From: Candidatus Eremiobacteria bacterium
GTDB taxonomy: Bacteria > Vulcanimicrobiota > Vulcanimicrobiia > Vulcanimicrobiales > Vulcanimicrobiaceae
Assembly: GCA_963737065.1 (NCBI GenBank)
Contig: CAVTRC010000001.1
Coordinates: 64,001 to 128,000 of the forward strand
Reading direction: 5' to 3'
Length of the DNA stretch: 64,000 bases
The translations under genes were made by a program, and so were the position numbers. The notes beneath the pieces are model-generated. The model had not been told where the DNA came from and searched no databases. It saw nothing but the letters and a program-made list of their open reading frames with translations. How positions within the stretch are numbered: position 1 is the first letter of the stretch; every line of letters begins with the position of its first letter. Positions 61,187 through 64,000 of this stretch are shown piece after piece.

Positions 61187-62352
61187 TGAAATTTAGCACG
61201 AAGGCGATTCACGTCGGCCAAGAGGCAGATCCGGCGACCGGCGCCACGATCGTGCCGGTGTATCAGACGTCGACGTACACGCAAGACGGCGTCGGCGAGC
61301 ACAAAGGATTCGACTACAGCCGTACGATCAATCCGACGCGTCTTGCGCTCGAGAAGCAACTTGCGTCGCTTGAGGGCGCGCGGTACGGATACGCGTTCGC
61401 CAGCGGAATGGCGGCGACGGCAGCGGTGTTGAATCTTCTCTCGGCCGGCGATCACGCGGTGGTCACCGACGACCTGTACGGCGGAACATACCGCTTGTTC
61501 TCACGTGTGCTCGAACGCTATGGTCTCGAATTCACGTACGTTGACATGAGCGACCTCGCCGACGTACGCGCCGCCATCAGACCGAACACGAAGTTATTCT
61601 GGGTGGAGACGCCTACGAACCCGCTGCTGAAGTTGATCGACATTAGAGGCGTCGTTGCACTTCGCAAGCCGGGGCAGGTTGTCGTCGTCGACAATACGTT
61701 TGCTTCACCATACTTCCAGCAGCCGCTGGCGCTCGGTGCGGACGTCGTCGTGCATTCGACGACGAAGTACATCGGCGGACACTCCGACGTGGTCGGCGGG
61801 GTCGCGATCACCAACGACAAAGAGATCGCCGACGTAATCAAATTTCATCAGAATGCCGTTGGCGGCGTTCCCGGCCCGCACGATGCATGGCTCACGATGC
61901 GCGGCGCGAAGACGCTCGCGCTACGGATGCGCAGGCATGCGGAGAACGCGCAGATCGTCGCCGAGTATCTCGCAGCGCATCCCGAGGTCAAACGTGTCTA
62001 CTACCCGGGGCTTCCATCGCACCCGCAGCATCAGCTTGCGCTCGCGCAGATGAGCGGCTTCGGCGGCATGGTCTCGTTCGAGCTGGAGGGCGAGCAGTCG
62101 CGCGCGCTCGATTTCGCACACCGCTTGCAGTACTTCAGTCTCGCCGAAAGTCTCGGCGGCGTTGAATCGCTAATCTGTCACCCGGCACGTATGACGCACG
62201 GGTCGATTCCGAAGGATGATCGCGAGCGGCGCGGCATAACCGACGGATTGCTTCGTCTTTCGGTCGGCATTGAAGACGTCGACGATCTACTCGACGACTT
62301 AGGTTCCGCGTTAGCCGCGGTCCCGCGGATACGCGACGGCGCTGGCGTTTGA
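61186..62352 (+). CDS. Cystathionine gamma-lyase/synthase
   Basis: YSRTINPTR, ETPTNP, DNTF, HSTTKYIGGHSD, SLGGVES. Coupled to CBS, consistent with reverse transsulfuration. Confidence 0.92.
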   Translation: MKFSTKAIHVGQEADPATGATIVPVYQTSTYTQDGVGEHKGFDYSRTINPTRLALEKQLASLEGARYGYAFASGMAATAAVLNLLSAGDHAVVTDDLYGGTYRLFSRVLERYGLEFTYVDMSDLADVRAAIRPNTKLFWVETPTNPLLKLIDIRGVVALRKPGQVVVVDNTFASPYFQQPLALGADVVVHSTTKYIGGHSDVVGGVAITNDKEIADVIKFHQNAVGGVPGPHDAWLTMRGAKTLALRMRRHAENAQIVAEYLAAHPEVKRVYYPGLPSHPQHQLALAQMSGFGGMVSFELEGEQSRALDFAHRLQYFSLAESLGGVESLICHPARMTHGSIPKDDRERRGITDGLLRLSVGIEDVDDLLDDLGSALAAVPRIRDGAGV

Positions 62353-62880
62353 GAGCAGTTGCTTTGCGGTTTCGCTGTTCATTTCGCCGACTTGCGCGGT
62401 GACCGACAACGCGACGCCGCGCACGCCGTCGACCCAACAATAAACGTACATCGTGCTCGCGTTAAAGCCCGTTCCGGACGTCATCTCGAAGTAGGCAGCC
62501 GGCATGCCGTTCTTTAACGACGCGTGCTCCTTGTTGCGGATCAAGGCATCGCCGAACGCATTGCGCAAATCTTGTTCGAACGTAGATTCGAAGCCGTCCA
62601 GCGGCCCTTGGTACGCTTGAACTTGAAGCAGCATCCGTTTGGGCCGCGACGGATCGCCGCTAACCCACGCGGCAACGACCTGCGGACTATCGCTCAGATC
62701 GTCGATGGAAATCTTGCGCTGCCCCACCGGGTGGTACGAAAGCGGAGCGACGAAGTGCATCGCGTCGTCATTGTATTCCTGGAAGTTGGGCTTGGGCGTC
62801 GGCGCTGCTTCCTGCGCAAATGCGCCGAGGGGCGTCAAAAGCAGCATCGCGCACACCAATAGACTACGTCGCGTCATCAT
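62311..62880 (-). CDS. Hypothetical secreted protein
   Basis: Signal peptide (GAFAQ). Coupled to the upstream esterase. Confidence 0.7.
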   Translation of the reverse strand: MMTRRSLLVCAMLLLTPLGAFAQEAAPTPKPNFQEYNDDAMHFVAPLSYHPVGQRKISIDDLSDSPQVVAAWVSGDPSRPKRMLLQVQAYQGPLDGFESTFEQDLRNAFGDALIRNKEHASLKNGMPAAYFEMTSGTGFNASTMYVYCWVDGVRGVALSVTAQVGEMNSETAKQLLSNASAVAYPRDRG

Positions 62881-63941
62881 TCCTCGTCGAGTACGCCGGC
62901 CAAAGCCGGCATGGAAACTTCGTACCGGTATCCCACGTTGCGATGATCGTCGTCGAACTCCTCGTGGCGCAGGTCAAGTCCAAGTTCACGAATACGCTCG
63001 GCGATGATCCGCGCGCCGATGTCGAGCGCATACTCGTCGCGTCGCCCGCAATCCAAGTAACGCAAGCGTAGCCGCCGCAGTTCCGCGTCGCGATGCGGCA
63101 CCCGTTCCACCGGATCGAAGGCGAGCCACTTCTCGAACACGTCGGCGCGAAGTTCGCCGCTTTGCGGATCGAACGGCAACTCCAAGTCGAATGCCGTGTT
63201 CGAACGTGGTGAGTAGGCTGCGGTGTAACCGAGAATTTCCATTGCGACGTACTCGCTCTGCGAGCGCTTGGGCTTCTTCTCGAACGCCTCCACAAACGAA
63301 GCGATATTGAAGTGATGCCTCTCGAGCGTTCGCTGCACGTCGGGAAACGCGCGCGTTTGCGCGTACTCAAAATACGAATCGCCGCTGTGCGACGCAAATG
63401 CGGCGAAAATACCGGGATATTCCATCACGAGATGCATCGAACCGAAACCGCCGGACGATTTTCCGAGCACCGCGCGTCCGCCCTCGTGCGCGATCGTCCG
63501 ATACTGCGTGTCGACGTGCGCGATAACGTCGCGCGTGACGTACGTCGCGTAATCGCCGTTGTGAATCGAGTTCACGTACTGCGAACCGCCGAGTCGCGTC
63601 CACCCGTCGACGACGACGAGCAGCACGGGCGGCATGCGCCGCTCGCGAATGAGGCGATCGATCCATTGCACCGCGTTGGTCTCCCACGCACGTCCGGCAA
63701 TCACACCAAGCGCATCGCCCGTATAGCCGTGCAGGAGATAGAGCGCGGGATACCGCCGCGAACCCTGCGCGTCGTATCCCGGCGGCGTGTAGACGGGCAC
63801 GGGCCGTTCGGCGGGATCACCGAGCGGATTATTGCGTAACGCTTCGCTGTCGATGCGCTCGATGTGCAGCTCGCCATGCAGTCCAAGGAGTTGCCCGTAG
63901 GTCATCTTCATAACGTGCGATAATTGGTTGGACCAATGCAT
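62877..63941 (-). CDS. Esterase (Fes-like alpha/beta hydrolase)
   Basis: VYTPPGY, LYLLHG, GKSSGG, DCGRRDE. Start uncertain. Confidence 0.88.
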   Translation of the reverse strand: MHWSNQLSHVMKMTYGQLLGLHGELHIERIDSEALRNNPLGDPAERPVPVYTPPGYDAQGSRRYPALYLLHGYTGDALGVIAGRAWETNAVQWIDRLIRERRMPPVLLVVVDGWTRLGGSQYVNSIHNGDYATYVTRDVIAHVDTQYRTIAHEGGRAVLGKSSGGFGSMHLVMEYPGIFAAFASHSGDSYFEYAQTRAFPDVQRTLERHHFNIASFVEAFEKKPKRSQSEYVAMEILGYTAAYSPRSNTAFDLELPFDPQSGELRADVFEKWLAFDPVERVPHRDAELRRLRLRYLDCGRRDEYALDIGARIIAERIRELGLDLRHEEFDDDHRNVGYRYEVSMPALAGVLDEE

Positions 63942-64000
63942 GCCTGCCTCATGCTCCTCGCTCTGCTGTGGGGCGCGTGGAAGACATCGGCGATCGCGCA

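Overview
High-GC bacterial window with two parts. (1) About 1-17.9 kb is an accessory, IS-rich region. A large Cys-rich gene with a tyrosine-recombinase-like C-terminus is split by an IS3 element, which is itself split by an IS110 element. Next come an IS481 transposase, an IS21 element carrying a second IS110 inside its left end, several IS remnants, a PQQ dehydrogenase, an orphan secreted pair and a nucleotidyltransferase. (2) About 18-64 kb is mostly housekeeping: M61 peptidase, recQ, amidase, gdhA, msrA, a LuxR/AAA regulator, yceD-rpmF-fabH-fabD-fabG-acpP-ffh-rpsP-khpA-rimM, three tRNAs, RNase P RNA, rapZ-yvcK and cystathionine enzymes. The best finding is that both intact IS110 elements have readable bridge RNAs whose guides match their own circle junctions and their insertion sites. 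Both targets are conserved functional sites of other transposons: the D-I-T-Y codons at the first catalytic Asp of an IS3 transposase, and a terminal repeat of an IS21 element. Other highlights are a lytic transglycosylase followed by two paralogous small helical proteins (possible secretion filament module), a perfect 3x66-bp repeat where plsX usually sits, and a repeated multi-hairpin element upstream of two ribosomal protein genes. The gene content loosely suggests an Eremiobacterota-like soil organism, but this is a weak inference. All calls were made by eye; no database searches were run.
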